Assembly (NCBI GenBank): GCA_964555935.1
Contig: CAZKUN010000002.1
Location: forward strand, 3,775-67,774
Direction: 5' to 3'
Length of the DNA stretch: 64,000 nt
From: an uncultured Armatimonadia bacterium
GTDB taxonomy: Bacteria; Armatimonadota; Zipacnadia; Zipacnadales; VGFC01
This document shows, piece after piece, positions 37,146 through 47,862 of this stretch (position 1 is its first letter; every line of letters starts with the position of its first letter). The notes beneath the pieces were generated by a model. The model worked only from the letters and a program-made list of their open reading frames with translations. It made no database searches and was not told the DNA's origin. A program made the position numbers and the translations under genes.

Positions 37146-38399
37146 CTACTGGCTCTGGACCCGATACAGGTGCGTCTTGGTGCGGAGCAGTAGCGACTTG
37201 CCCGCCACAGCAGGCGATGCCCACAACTCACCGTCGAGCTGGTTGACCGCCAGCTCGCGGAATGTCCGACCGGCCTCTATGACGGTAGTCATGCCCTTCT
37301 TGTTGGAGAGGTAGATCCGGCCCTCGGCGTGCAGCGGTGAAGCTCCGTAATTGCCGGCAAGACGCTCGGACCATACCTTCTTGCCCGTCTTCGCCTCCAG
37401 GCACGTCAGCATGCCATGGTCGTTGACCATATAGAGCAGATCACCAGCAATCACGGGTGACGACTCCATCGGCACATCCTCGCCGACCTCCCAAGCAAGA
37501 TGGGAACCGGTCACGTCTCCGCTGCCGCCTTGGCGCACTGCCCAGAGTCGCACAGCATTGGGCTGCCCGCCGGTGTTGATGAAGAAAAGCCCGTGCCCGC
37601 TGACGATCCGGGAGATAGTGCTGTCGTCGCCGTAGACAACTCGCCACAGCTCCTCGCCGGTCCGCGGGTCGTGGCCTGTGGCAATCTGCGAGCTGTTGCC
37701 GACCATTTGCGGGTTGCCGTCCACATCGACAATCAGCGGCGTGTGGAAGGCCTTCCGCCAGTAATACGGCTCGAGATCGCCGTAGATATCCTGCGGTCGG
37801 TCGTCGCGCCAGACGGTGTCGCCCGTGTTCTTGTCGAGGGCGGTGATGAACTGAACGTCCACTCCCTCGAGGTGAACGATGAGCAGATCCTCAAACAGGA
37901 CGGGCGAAGCGACGGGGCCCTGCATGTGATCGCAGTTCAGGTCGGTCCGTCGCCACAGGACCTCCCCCGCGCCCGAATCGAGGCAGGCCGTGCCGAGCGT
38001 CCCAAAGTGGACGTACACGCGGCCCTCTTCGACGACGGCGGACGGCGTCGCGTAGGAATTGAGCGAGTGCTTCCTCGTGGGCTCGGCCGGTTGGAAGACA
38101 TCGACGTCGTGGACGACGGCACCCGTGCCCAAATCGAAGCAGACGGCGTAGAGAGCCCGGCCGTCGGTGGTGGCTGTGGTCAGCCAGATCTGGTCGCCCC
38201 ACACGACAGGCGTTGAGTGCCCGAAGTCATGAACGGGGGTCTTCCAGACGATGTTCTCACTATCCGACCAGGTGAGGGGCAAGCCGGTCGCATCGCTCCG
38301 ACCGTCGCCAGTCGGGCCGCGCCAGTCCGGCCAGTCGGCGTGAGCCGGGGAGATGCACGCGCAGAGCGCGGCTATAGACAGCGTGATTCTCGAACGCAC
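37146..38399 (-). CDS. Secreted PQQ-like beta-propeller repeat protein (BamB-like)
   Basis: Signal peptide MRSRITLSIAALCACISPAHA. Repeated W-containing blades (VVWGDQIWL, GEVLWR, GDTVWR, GEELWR, KKVWS). GTG start with a GGAGG SD. Confidence 0.75.
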   Translation of the reverse strand: MRSRITLSIAALCACISPAHADWPDWRGPTGDGRSDATGLPLTWSDSENIVWKTPVHDFGHSTPVVWGDQIWLTTATTDGRALYAVCFDLGTGAVVHDVDVFQPAEPTRKHSLNSYATPSAVVEEGRVYVHFGTLGTACLDSGAGEVLWRRTDLNCDHMQGPVASPVLFEDLLIVHLEGVDVQFITALDKNTGDTVWRDDRPQDIYGDLEPYYWRKAFHTPLIVDVDGNPQMVGNSSQIATGHDPRTGEELWRVVYGDDSTISRIVSGHGLFFINTGGQPNAVRLWAVRQGGSGDVTGSHLAWEVGEDVPMESSPVIAGDLLYMVNDHGMLTCLEAKTGKKVWSERLAGNYGASPLHAEGRIYLSNKKGMTTVIEAGRTFRELAVNQLDGELWASPAVAGKSLLLRTKTHLYRVQSQ

Positions 38400-38538
38400 G
38401 AATTGCCTCCGTATCAGACGTTTTCCTCGGTGCGCCGATCGTGGCCTCCCGCCACTCGAACGTCAGCCCCCGCTGGGCCCTGTGGGGACTACGCGAACGA
38501 CAGACGACTGCAGGCAAGAATGCCTGCACCACGGTCTG

Positions 38539-39519
38539 CTACGACTTCGTGCCGATGACGATGCTCGTGTCGCCGGTCGTGCGGACGTGCCGCACGTCAG
38601 AGAAGCCGGCCTGAGCGAGGTATTCCTCGAGTTCAGGTTGGGTGTAGCTGCGCCCATCATTGCCGGCGGTGAGCATGTTGAGGCTGAACAGCGCGGCGTA
38701 GGCCGGCTGGGTGCCATCGGCGCTCAACACGAACTCGTGGATGACCACGCGGCCGCCGGGCTTGAGGCATTGCGCGGCATTGCTGAGGATCGTCACGCAG
38801 CCGCCTGGGTCCGTGCTGTGCAGGATGTTCGAGATGATGGCGAGATCGAAGCCCTCGCCAAGATCGTCCTCCCAGTAGTCGCCCGCGACCGCGCTGACCC
38901 GATCGGCGACGCCGGCCATCTCGGCGCACTCCATGGTAATGGGCACGACCTCTTCCTTGTCGAAGATGACCGCTGTCGCGCCTGGAACACGGCGGAGGAT
39001 CTCGTAGGAGTAATCGCCGGAGCCGCCCCCAATGTCGATGATCCGCTCGACGCCCGCGAGGTCGATATGGTCCGCCACGCGCCCGCCCCAATGGGAGCTG
39101 GTCGTATGCATGGCCATGATGAAGGCGCGGACCTCGCCGCCCTTGAACTCGGTGCGCTCAACTTCGCCCGTCCGCACGGCGTCGGTCAGCGCGGTCCAGT
39201 GCCGCCAAAGCAGCTCGTGGTGCCGCAAGTAACCCACCATCGTGCCGCCGCGCGACTCGACGAGATGCTCCTGAGCGAAGGCGCTGTTGCTGAGCCTGTC
39301 GCCGTTCTTGTCGAGCACCCCAAGACCGGCCAGCGAGTTGGCGAGGAAGCCGAGGGCCCTCTCGTCACACGCGAGCCTAGCGGCGAGATCGTCGGGCGTC
39401 AGCGGGCCGTTCGCCAGCGCCTCGAAAATGTCCAGTTCCACGGCCGTCAGAAGCGCGCGCGACTGCCAGTACGCGCTGGTGATGTCCATCAGATCGCCAA
39501 GATCGAACTGCTCGCCCAT
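38539..39519 (-). CDS. Class I SAM-dependent O-methyltransferase with N-terminal dimerisation domain
   Basis: Start ATG at 39519 with a GGAGGG SD (the ORF track extends 120 codons upstream). SAM motif IIDIGGGSGDY and plant/bacterial OMT-like architecture. Confidence 0.7.
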   Translation of the reverse strand: MGEQFDLGDLMDITSAYWQSRALLTAVELDIFEALANGPLTPDDLAARLACDERALGFLANSLAGLGVLDKNGDRLSNSAFAQEHLVESRGGTMVGYLRHHELLWRHWTALTDAVRTGEVERTEFKGGEVRAFIMAMHTTSSHWGGRVADHIDLAGVERIIDIGGGSGDYSYEILRRVPGATAVIFDKEEVVPITMECAEMAGVADRVSAVAGDYWEDDLGEGFDLAIISNILHSTDPGGCVTILSNAAQCLKPGGRVVIHEFVLSADGTQPAYAALFSLNMLTAGNDGRSYTQPELEEYLAQAGFSDVRHVRTTGDTSIVIGTKS

Positions 39520-39651
39520 GGGTGGCACCCTCCAAGTCATTGTGAGCGCGTTCTTCGCGAGGGCGCGGCCGGGGTCCTTTGCCAGTCGAGATCGACGGAG
39601 GCCCGGCGGGTCAGGGCGCGGAAGTGTCGGTGGCTGAAGGGAGCTGATCAA

Positions 39652-40473
39652 GTGAGTTGGGCTGATACGAAGATTGCGGACGCCGCGTGGGTCTGCGTGG
39701 ACGTCGAAACGACGGGTCTGGAGGTGGAGGACGGTCACCGGGTGACTGAGGTGGCGACGGTCAGGGGCGGGTCGACGGGTCCCGCGGAGGAATTCACGAC
39801 GCTGGTGAATCCCGAACGCCCGCTGGACGCGAAAGCCGCCGAGGTCAGCGGGCTCACCGACGAGCAACTCGCGCAACACAAGCCATTTGCCTCGGTCTCT
39901 CGAACTACTCTAGGGCATCTTTCGGGCGCGGTGATCGTGGCTCACAACGCGCCGTTTGATTTTGGTTTCCTGGAGTCCGAGTTCGTGCGAGAGGGCCTGT
40001 CGCTGCCGCCGGCCCCGATCGTCGATACGACGATCATCGCCGGCGAGGTGCTGGGGCTGGCGCGACGCAACCTGGCGAGCGTCGCCCGGGCCCTGCAACT
40101 CACCGATCAGCCCATCCACCGCGCGCTCGACGATGCGAAGGCTACGCGCGGGGTGCTGCTACGCGGACTTGAGAAGCTCATCGCAGAGGGGGCGAAGACG
40201 GTCGCTGATGTGATCGATGCGCTGACGCCCCCGGATCCGCCCAACCAGCCGCTGATCGACAACCCCTTCCCGCCGATCCGCGAGGCGCTGCGCACCGGAG
40301 CGGATCTGAAGATCCAATACGCGGGCGCGCGGGGATCATACGAGCGGCTCATCAAGCCCATCCGGATGGAGTTCAAGGGGCCGAATCTGGTGATTGGATC
40401 GTTCTGTCGCAGCCGGAAGGCGCAGCGCAACTTCCGCGTGGATCGGATCGTCTCGGCGGAGGTGGCGGAGTAG
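39652..40473 (+). CDS. DnaQ-like 3'-5' exonuclease fused to a C-terminal WYL domain
   Basis: Exo I VDVETTGL, Exo II HNAPFDFGFL and Exo III HRALDDAKAT. The C-terminal IQYAGARGSYERLIKPIRMEFKGPNLVIGSFCRSRKAQRNFRVDRI matches the WYL pattern. GTG start at 39652. The upstream 433 codons of the track ORF are antisense artefact. Confidence 0.65.
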   Translation: MSWADTKIADAAWVCVDVETTGLEVEDGHRVTEVATVRGGSTGPAEEFTTLVNPERPLDAKAAEVSGLTDEQLAQHKPFASVSRTTLGHLSGAVIVAHNAPFDFGFLESEFVREGLSLPPAPIVDTTIIAGEVLGLARRNLASVARALQLTDQPIHRALDDAKATRGVLLRGLEKLIAEGAKTVADVIDALTPPDPPNQPLIDNPFPPIREALRTGADLKIQYAGARGSYERLIKPIRMEFKGPNLVIGSFCRSRKAQRNFRVDRIVSAEVAE

Positions 40474-40542
40474 GGCGCGAGGCGAGCGAAACCCTCCCAT
40501 GCCGCACCGTGTATGCACAGTGGCAGAGGTTGCCACTACGCG

Positions 40543-41274
40543 ATGAAACTCTCCATTATCATCCCGGTCTACAACGAGGAAGCCACCATCGGCGAGGTGA
40601 TTCGCCGAGTGCTTGCCGTGCCTCTCAACAAGGAAGTCATCGTGGTCAACGATGGCTCGACCGACGGGTCGGCGGGCATCATTGGCGGCGTTGACGATGG
40701 GCGCCTGACACTCGTTGATTTGGCCCGGAATCAGGGCAAGGGCACTGCCGTGCGCGCGGGGCTTGAGCGCGTGACGGGGACGCACGTCCTGGTCCAGGAC
40801 GCGGATCTTGAGCTTCTGCCGGAGGAGATCCCGCGCCTACTCGCCCCGATCGAAGCCGGACGAGTCGAGGTCGTGTATGGCTCGCGGTTTGAGATGGGGC
40901 GGGGTCAGGCGAGCGCGCGGAACTACCTGGCAAACCGCCTAATTACCGGCTGGGCCAACCTGTTATATGGCTCATCGCTCAGCGATGTCTCGACATGCTA
41001 CAAGCTGTTCCCCGCTCGGCTGATCGACCAACTGGATCTGCGGTGCCGGGGATTTGAGTTCTGCACGGAGATCACATCCAAGGTTCTGCGCTCCGGGCAT
41101 GAGATCGAAGACGTCCCCGTCACATTCCGCCCTCGGGCTCACGAGGATGGAAAGAAGCTGCGCTACCTGCGCGACGGCGCGCGTGGCGCGTGGACGCTTC
41201 TGCGATGGCGCCTCTGGCGACCCGCCCCCTCACCCACCCCGGCGCCTTGCGCGCCCCCGGCTAACCCCAAGTAA
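40543..41274 (+). CDS. Family 2 glycosyltransferase (Dpm1/polyprenyl-phosphate sugar synthase-like)
   Basis: MKLSIIIPVYNEE..VVNDGSTDGS..VQDADLE gives the GT-A DxD architecture. 243 aa. Confidence 0.75.
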   Translation: MKLSIIIPVYNEEATIGEVIRRVLAVPLNKEVIVVNDGSTDGSAGIIGGVDDGRLTLVDLARNQGKGTAVRAGLERVTGTHVLVQDADLELLPEEIPRLLAPIEAGRVEVVYGSRFEMGRGQASARNYLANRLITGWANLLYGSSLSDVSTCYKLFPARLIDQLDLRCRGFEFCTEITSKVLRSGHEIEDVPVTFRPRAHEDGKKLRYLRDGARGAWTLLRWRLWRPAPSPTPAPCAPPANPK

Positions 41275-41341
41275 CGCGACTCGCCCCGACCTGACGCCGC
41301 GTGCAGGAGTGACATTGCCCTGGGTCGAAGCACCGGGCATC

Positions 41342-43275
<1,934 letters not shown>

Positions 43276-43284
43276 GCCCGAGAA

Positions 43285-43788
43285 TCACTCGTGGTAGTAG
43301 CCCCAGTCGCCGATGCGCTCGAGGCCGCCGCCGTGGTCTTGCTCCTCGTAGGCGCCGTCGGAGCGGAATGAGAAGAGGGCGTTGAAGTGGATCAGCCCGA
43401 CGTTCGTGGGGCAGAAATCGGCGGGCACGGCAACGAAGAGATCATATACACCAGGATCCTCGGTTGGCGCAGGGCCCCGCTCGTACAGCCACTCCCCCTC
43501 AAACGGCAATCCCGGATCGGGGATGCTCTCAATGTGCTCTGGGACGAGGTCAGTCAGTTCCTTCGGCCATTCATCGTGGTCGGCGCGGTAGGCATCGAGC
43601 GCGTCGAGGATGGGCTGCGCGCGTCGGGCGGCGACGAGCAACTCAACCTTCTTCACCTCCCACTCCTCGCCTGCCACGCGTACCTTGTTCTCCAGCCAGA
43701 TGGCACCGATCATGACGACCACGGGTAGCGCGAAGAGGCACCCAAGGCCGCCGCGACGGCGCCCGCGGGGATCGTGTTGCCTGCGCAT
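43285..43788 (-). CDS. Hypothetical protein with N-terminal membrane anchor
   Basis: 167 aa with one TM helix (LFALPVVVMIGAIWL). Third gene downstream of the RHS toxin gene on the same strand. Confidence 0.4.
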   Translation of the reverse strand: MRRQHDPRGRRRGGLGCLFALPVVVMIGAIWLENKVRVAGEEWEVKKVELLVAARRAQPILDALDAYRADHDEWPKELTDLVPEHIESIPDPGLPFEGEWLYERGPAPTEDPGVYDLFVAVPADFCPTNVGLIHFNALFSFRSDGAYEEQDHGGGLERIGDWGYYHE

Positions 43789-43902
43789 GTTCAGTGAGAC
43801 GCGTGGGCTGGGGATGAGGCCTCGGTGGGAGGGTGATTTGGAGGGAGGAGAGGGTCAGGCATGCGCCGGCGAGGTCGTAGTTCATGTAGTTTGCGGTGCG
43901 GA

Positions 43903-44187
43903 TCAGAACGCGAGGGCCTCTGGGGCCAAGCGGGTGGTGGCGGTGGCAGTCTGCTCCGTCAGCATGGCCAACTCGTCCCATTCCTCATCGGTGGATGGTG
44001 GGTTCTCGGCGAAGTGGTTCAGCAACTCCTTCGCGCGGTCGAGGGTGGCGAGGTTCTCGAGGAGCGCCTGAGTTGCGGGGCTCGCGTCAGGTTGATCGGC
44101 CCCTATCGCGCGGGCGAGTTCCGCCAGCCGCTCGGGACGGGGTGTCAGCATCGTCAACTCAACGTCGGGCGCGTCCTCTTTCGGCAT
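43903..44187 (-). CDS. Small acidic hypothetical protein
   Basis: 94 aa with no recognisable domain. Same strand as the RHS gene. Confidence 0.35.
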   Translation of the reverse strand: MPKEDAPDVELTMLTPRPERLAELARAIGADQPDASPATQALLENLATLDRAKELLNHFAENPPSTDEEWDELAMLTEQTATATTRLAPEALAF

Positions 44188-44280
44188 CGAGGTCTCCTCA
44201 CGATTTGGTTGGTACGGCGCGAGGGAGATAACGACATCTCCCTCGCGCCGAGGGTGGTGAGGCTGGGCAGCAGGCCGGCC

Positions 44281-44763
44281 TCACGTGGCGTCTTTCTTGT
44301 CTGGTTCAAGGGCCCTAGCGCCCAGACTGGAGGCAATCCCGAGAGCGAGTAGCGCGACCGATGCGGCAATCCACGCAACGGGCGTGCGGGTGGCCAGAGC
44401 GATGACCACCTGGAGGCCCGGTACCGCGACCCCCAACGCTCTGGCCGTCGGCCCGACAAGGCGACCTTCCCGCCAACCGACGGCGCCAAACAGCAGCGCG
44501 CTCCCGCATGCGAGAAACTCGCGCACAAGGAACGGCATGAAGTGCCACACGGTGGTTACCGCCATGAGCGGGCCGACAATCAGAACTACGCCACGGGCGA
44601 TCAACCACTGTCTGTGTGGCTGAGGAGCATTCCGTCCCACCGACCACCCGGCAAAGCCCCCCAACAAGCCAAATAGAGCCAGGCCCAAGACTACTTCCCA
44701 CATGCCCTCGTACATGTACTCGCCCCCTTCTCTACGCGCCGCCGGCCGGACCAACCATTGCAC
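44281..44763 (-). CDS. Four-TM membrane protein, candidate immunity protein for the adjacent RHS toxin
   Basis: 160 aa, immediately downstream (111 nt) of the RHS C-terminal toxin on the same strand. Hydrophobic helices were identified by eye. Confidence 0.4.
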   Translation of the reverse strand: MQWLVRPAARREGGEYMYEGMWEVVLGLALFGLLGGFAGWSVGRNAPQPHRQWLIARGVVLIVGPLMAVTTVWHFMPFLVREFLACGSALLFGAVGWREGRLVGPTARALGVAVPGLQVVIALATRTPVAWIAASVALLALGIASSLGARALEPDKKDAT

Positions 44764-44874
44764 GGTACTGCGTGCCCCATCAGGGATAGCACTCGTGAGA
44801 TTCCATCCTCACCAGCCTCTTTCAGACGAGATGATCGGCGACTGGCGCATCAGGAGTCTCATACCCCGGCCCGA

Positions 44875-47493
44875 TCACGGTATGGGCCCCTTAATATCAT
44901 CCAGTACCCACTTAATGTCACAGTATACCGTGCAGGCCCTGGATGTGGCAGCGAAGACGATGGCCGAGAGCCGTACTCCTATCAGCTTGCCGATACCAAG
45001 AATGAGCCCCGCCCTAATCAGCGAATTGACAAAACTGTTGGTGGTAACACTCCATACGTTCCAGACGGAATTGGTGCAATCCCACCAACACTTCGAGAAG
45101 CCAGTCGCCCGCCAATGGACGTAGTGGCCACCCACGACGACCGCGCCGGCACCAACCGCGATCGGGGCGACGACGCTGTCCGAACCAAGCCCTGGCATCC
45201 AGTCCCACGGGCCGGTCTCCTCCATGCCGAGAGGAAGAGGAATAGCCGGTGGCTCCACCGGGATGTAGGGCTCCTTGTGCTTGTTTCCGGTTGGTGGACT
45301 GTTGGGGTCGGGCCACGTAGGCTCGGCCTCCCCTCGCGGATCGACCGACCACGTTGGCCGCGCGCTTACATACCAGTACTTATTGACAAGGTCTTCGAGC
45401 GGATCCCTACTCGCGAACCTCCCGACGCCTCTGTCGTAGTACCGGTTCCAGAGGTAGGAGAGGCCGGAGTGATCGTCGAGGTGGTAGCCGTGGGCGCCGA
45501 TGTAGCGGTAGGGCGTGCTCCCGGCGCCGGAGTCTAGAAGTTCGTTGCCCCACGCATCGTAGAGCAGGCTCAAGGTCAGCGCTTCGTCGGAGTCGATGAG
45601 GCCCAGCGTGCTGCCCATGGAATCGGAGAGGACCCACTCGGTGGCCTCGGACTTCGTCTGCGCCAGGAGTGGTTGCATGATCCCCGGACCCGCGTGGACA
45701 TAGCTCGCCATCACGTTGTCGCTGTAGTCGTGGGTCTCTAAGACCTTCTCGCCGTCATAGATGAAGTCGGTGCGCGTGCTCTCGCCGACGGTGCCGTCAC
45801 GCCAGCGCTTCGCGGAGTCGTCGTACTCGTGGAGGTGATCGACGCCGGCGGTCTGATCGACCACCTTGCGCAGAGCGCCATCAAAGTACCACTCGAAATA
45901 GGTCTCCTGCGCCACGCTGTTTTGCACCTCGAGCTGACCGTCGGTGGTGTACTCGAAGTAGGTGTCGGTGCCGTCTTCGTCAAGTCGGGTGAGTTGGTTC
46001 AGCGTGTTGAAGTCGTAGTACGTCGTGGCGTCGGCAGTCGTCATCGCGATCCGATTGCCGGCGTCGTCATACTGCCAGGTGAAGGCATGCATCGTGGCGT
46101 CGCCATCATCGACCCAGTGCTCTCTGGTGAGTCGACCCGCGCCATCGTAGGCGTAGTACGTCGTCCAGTCGAGCGCGCCATGGACCCCGACGCGTTGCGT
46201 GGGCTTGCCGTCGTCGTCATACGTGTAGTACATCGCAATCGGCACATCGCCACCGCTCTTGCGATGCAACACGCTCGTCGACTGACCAGCGAGGTCGTAA
46301 TTCATGTAGCTGACGGTTCCGTTCGGCAGCTCGCGCTTGATCTCGGCGCCGCGCGCGTCGCGCGTTGTGGTAATGACCTGCGCCGATGGGTCAATAACAC
46401 TCGTGACCAATCCACGTCTATCGTAGTTATGATAAGTCACACTGTCGGACGTGTCAAGCATATATGTTCGGCGATCAGCCTTATCGTAACCGCTATCAAC
46501 CCAGCCGGATGGCTGGTGCTCGCCCGTCATTCGGCCGCCGGCATCGTAGTTCCAGTAGCGGACATCGCTCGCGGCGGTCTGGCATGAGGAGATCGTCCGG
46601 CCGACGCCGTCGTACTGGAAGTAGTACCAGTTGTCGCCGACGCCTGAACCCACGAGCGCGTGGGTCTCCGAACGCAAGCCCCGCGCATCGTATTGGAAGT
46701 AGGTGTATAGACCACCGGCCGTGCGGGCGTGGGTGGCGCGGCTCGCGGCATCGTAGCCGACCAACGTCGCCTGGCCCGCCGCGTCTTTCTCTTCGGTCCT
46801 TCGGTTCAGCGCGTCATGCTCGTAGTACGTCGCGTTGCCCTCCGGATCGACGGTGGCGATGACGTTTCCGCCTTCGTCGTATTGGTAATCCACCGTCTTG
46901 CCCAGCGGGTCAATCGTCTCGGTCACGCGTCCGAGCGCGTCGTAGTTGCTGTAGGTGACGTTGCCGAGCGGCGAAATCGCGCTGACCACGCGGCCCAGAA
47001 TGTCGTAGTTCATATACGCCACGCGGTCGAGCGGATCGATCACGCCGACTACGCGACCGAGGTCGTCGTAGAGCATGTCCATCTCGCCGCCCAGCGCGTC
47101 GATGGTCTTGGACTGCCTCCCTTGAGCGTCGTAGTGGGTGTAGGTGACGTTGTCTTCGGGATCAATCACCGCGTGGCGACGTCCCACGGAGTCGTAGAGG
47201 TACTCCGTCTCGTCCGCCAGGTGGTTACGCCACGACGTCACGCGCGACGCGGCATCGAGACTGTAGTACGTGCAGTTGCGGTTCTCGTCGTAGACGATCT
47301 CCGGCTTGTCCGCCCACGTGTAGAGGTTGGTCCGCTCCCCGCCCAAGGGGTCGATCTGTTCGGTGAGCTGGTCCCTTGCGTTGTAGTTGAAGTAGGCAGC
47401 GTTGGCACCCGCGTCAACCGTCACGTCAACGCGTCCGAGGGCGTCGTACCCCGTCTCGCTCGCGTTGCCCAGCGGGTCAATGGTCTTCGTCAC
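44875..47493 (-). CDS. RHS/YD-repeat protein with RHS core and variable C-terminal (toxin) domain, N-terminally truncated
   Basis: Dozens of YD repeats (YDALGRV, YDSVGRR, YDAQGRQ and others). RHS core end YRYIGAHGYHLDDHSGLSYLWNRYYDRGVGRFASRDP...DPRGE, then a ~150-aa C-terminal domain with two hydrophobic helices. The reading frame continues upstream of the GTG start with repeat-like sequence (RQLTYIEYDGQGR) before an in-frame TAA at about 47533. This makes it an orphan or disrupted rhs fragment. Confidence 0.75.
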   Translation of the reverse strand: MTKTIDPLGNASETGYDALGRVDVTVDAGANAAYFNYNARDQLTEQIDPLGGERTNLYTWADKPEIVYDENRNCTYYSLDAASRVTSWRNHLADETEYLYDSVGRRHAVIDPEDNVTYTHYDAQGRQSKTIDALGGEMDMLYDDLGRVVGVIDPLDRVAYMNYDILGRVVSAISPLGNVTYSNYDALGRVTETIDPLGKTVDYQYDEGGNVIATVDPEGNATYYEHDALNRRTEEKDAAGQATLVGYDAASRATHARTAGGLYTYFQYDARGLRSETHALVGSGVGDNWYYFQYDGVGRTISSCQTAASDVRYWNYDAGGRMTGEHQPSGWVDSGYDKADRRTYMLDTSDSVTYHNYDRRGLVTSVIDPSAQVITTTRDARGAEIKRELPNGTVSYMNYDLAGQSTSVLHRKSGGDVPIAMYYTYDDDGKPTQRVGVHGALDWTTYYAYDGAGRLTREHWVDDGDATMHAFTWQYDDAGNRIAMTTADATTYYDFNTLNQLTRLDEDGTDTYFEYTTDGQLEVQNSVAQETYFEWYFDGALRKVVDQTAGVDHLHEYDDSAKRWRDGTVGESTRTDFIYDGEKVLETHDYSDNVMASYVHAGPGIMQPLLAQTKSEATEWVLSDSMGSTLGLIDSDEALTLSLLYDAWGNELLDSGAGSTPYRYIGAHGYHLDDHSGLSYLWNRYYDRGVGRFASRDPLEDLVNKYWYVSARPTWSVDPRGEAEPTWPDPNSPPTGNKHKEPYIPVEPPAIPLPLGMEETGPWDWMPGLGSDSVVAPIAVGAGAVVVGGHYVHWRATGFSKCWWDCTNSVWNVWSVTTNSFVNSLIRAGLILGIGKLIGVRLSAIVFAATSRACTVYCDIKWVLDDIKGPIP

Positions 47494-47657
47494 GCGTCCT
47501 TGGCCGTCGTACTCGATGTACGTCAGCTGTCGTTACCCGTGATAGGTGTAATACGTCGTCCCGAGCCCCACGCGATCTATCAGCGAGACTTGCTTCACCG
47601 CCGCCATCGTCGCCGGGTGCACCGATGCCGGAAGCTGTCATCTAGCTCCCTCCTCAA

Positions 47658-47750
47658 GTTGTGAATAGTGGATCACTATTCAGGATATTACGACACTTAT
47701 TTATACTTTATATTACGAATTACGTCAAGATAAAATCACATCAGCGTGAC
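47658..47750. promoter_or_regulatory. AT-rich island (~30% GC) with 8-bp-arm inverted repeat GAATAGTG-gat-CACTATTC and TATACT/TATATT -10-like hexamers
   Basis: Read directly from the sequence. It is the only AT-rich stretch in the 64-kb window and lies between the truncated RHS 5' end and the divergent msrB-msrA gene. Confidence 0.45.
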
Positions 47751-47862
47751 AGCAACCTAGGGAACGAGCAGTCACACCTGCCGAGAGCCGTGGAACCTGA
47801 GCGGGTGGGCAGTTGCTGGTAGTAGAAGGGGCTCGACGCGAGGGCCCCAGGAGGCAGATGCA

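Noticed and set aside
38353-39651. N-terminal 433 codons of the 706-aa track ORF 38353..40473
   Set aside because: Antisense to the O-methyltransferase gene, with Arg/Ala-rich junk composition. Only the 3' part from the GTG at 39652 (exonuclease-WYL) has motifs and an SD.
44758-47664. Plus-strand ORFs 44758..45537, 45829..46587 and 46729..47664
   Set aside because: All are antisense to the RHS repeat gene, which has an unmistakable YD-repeat periodicity on the minus strand.
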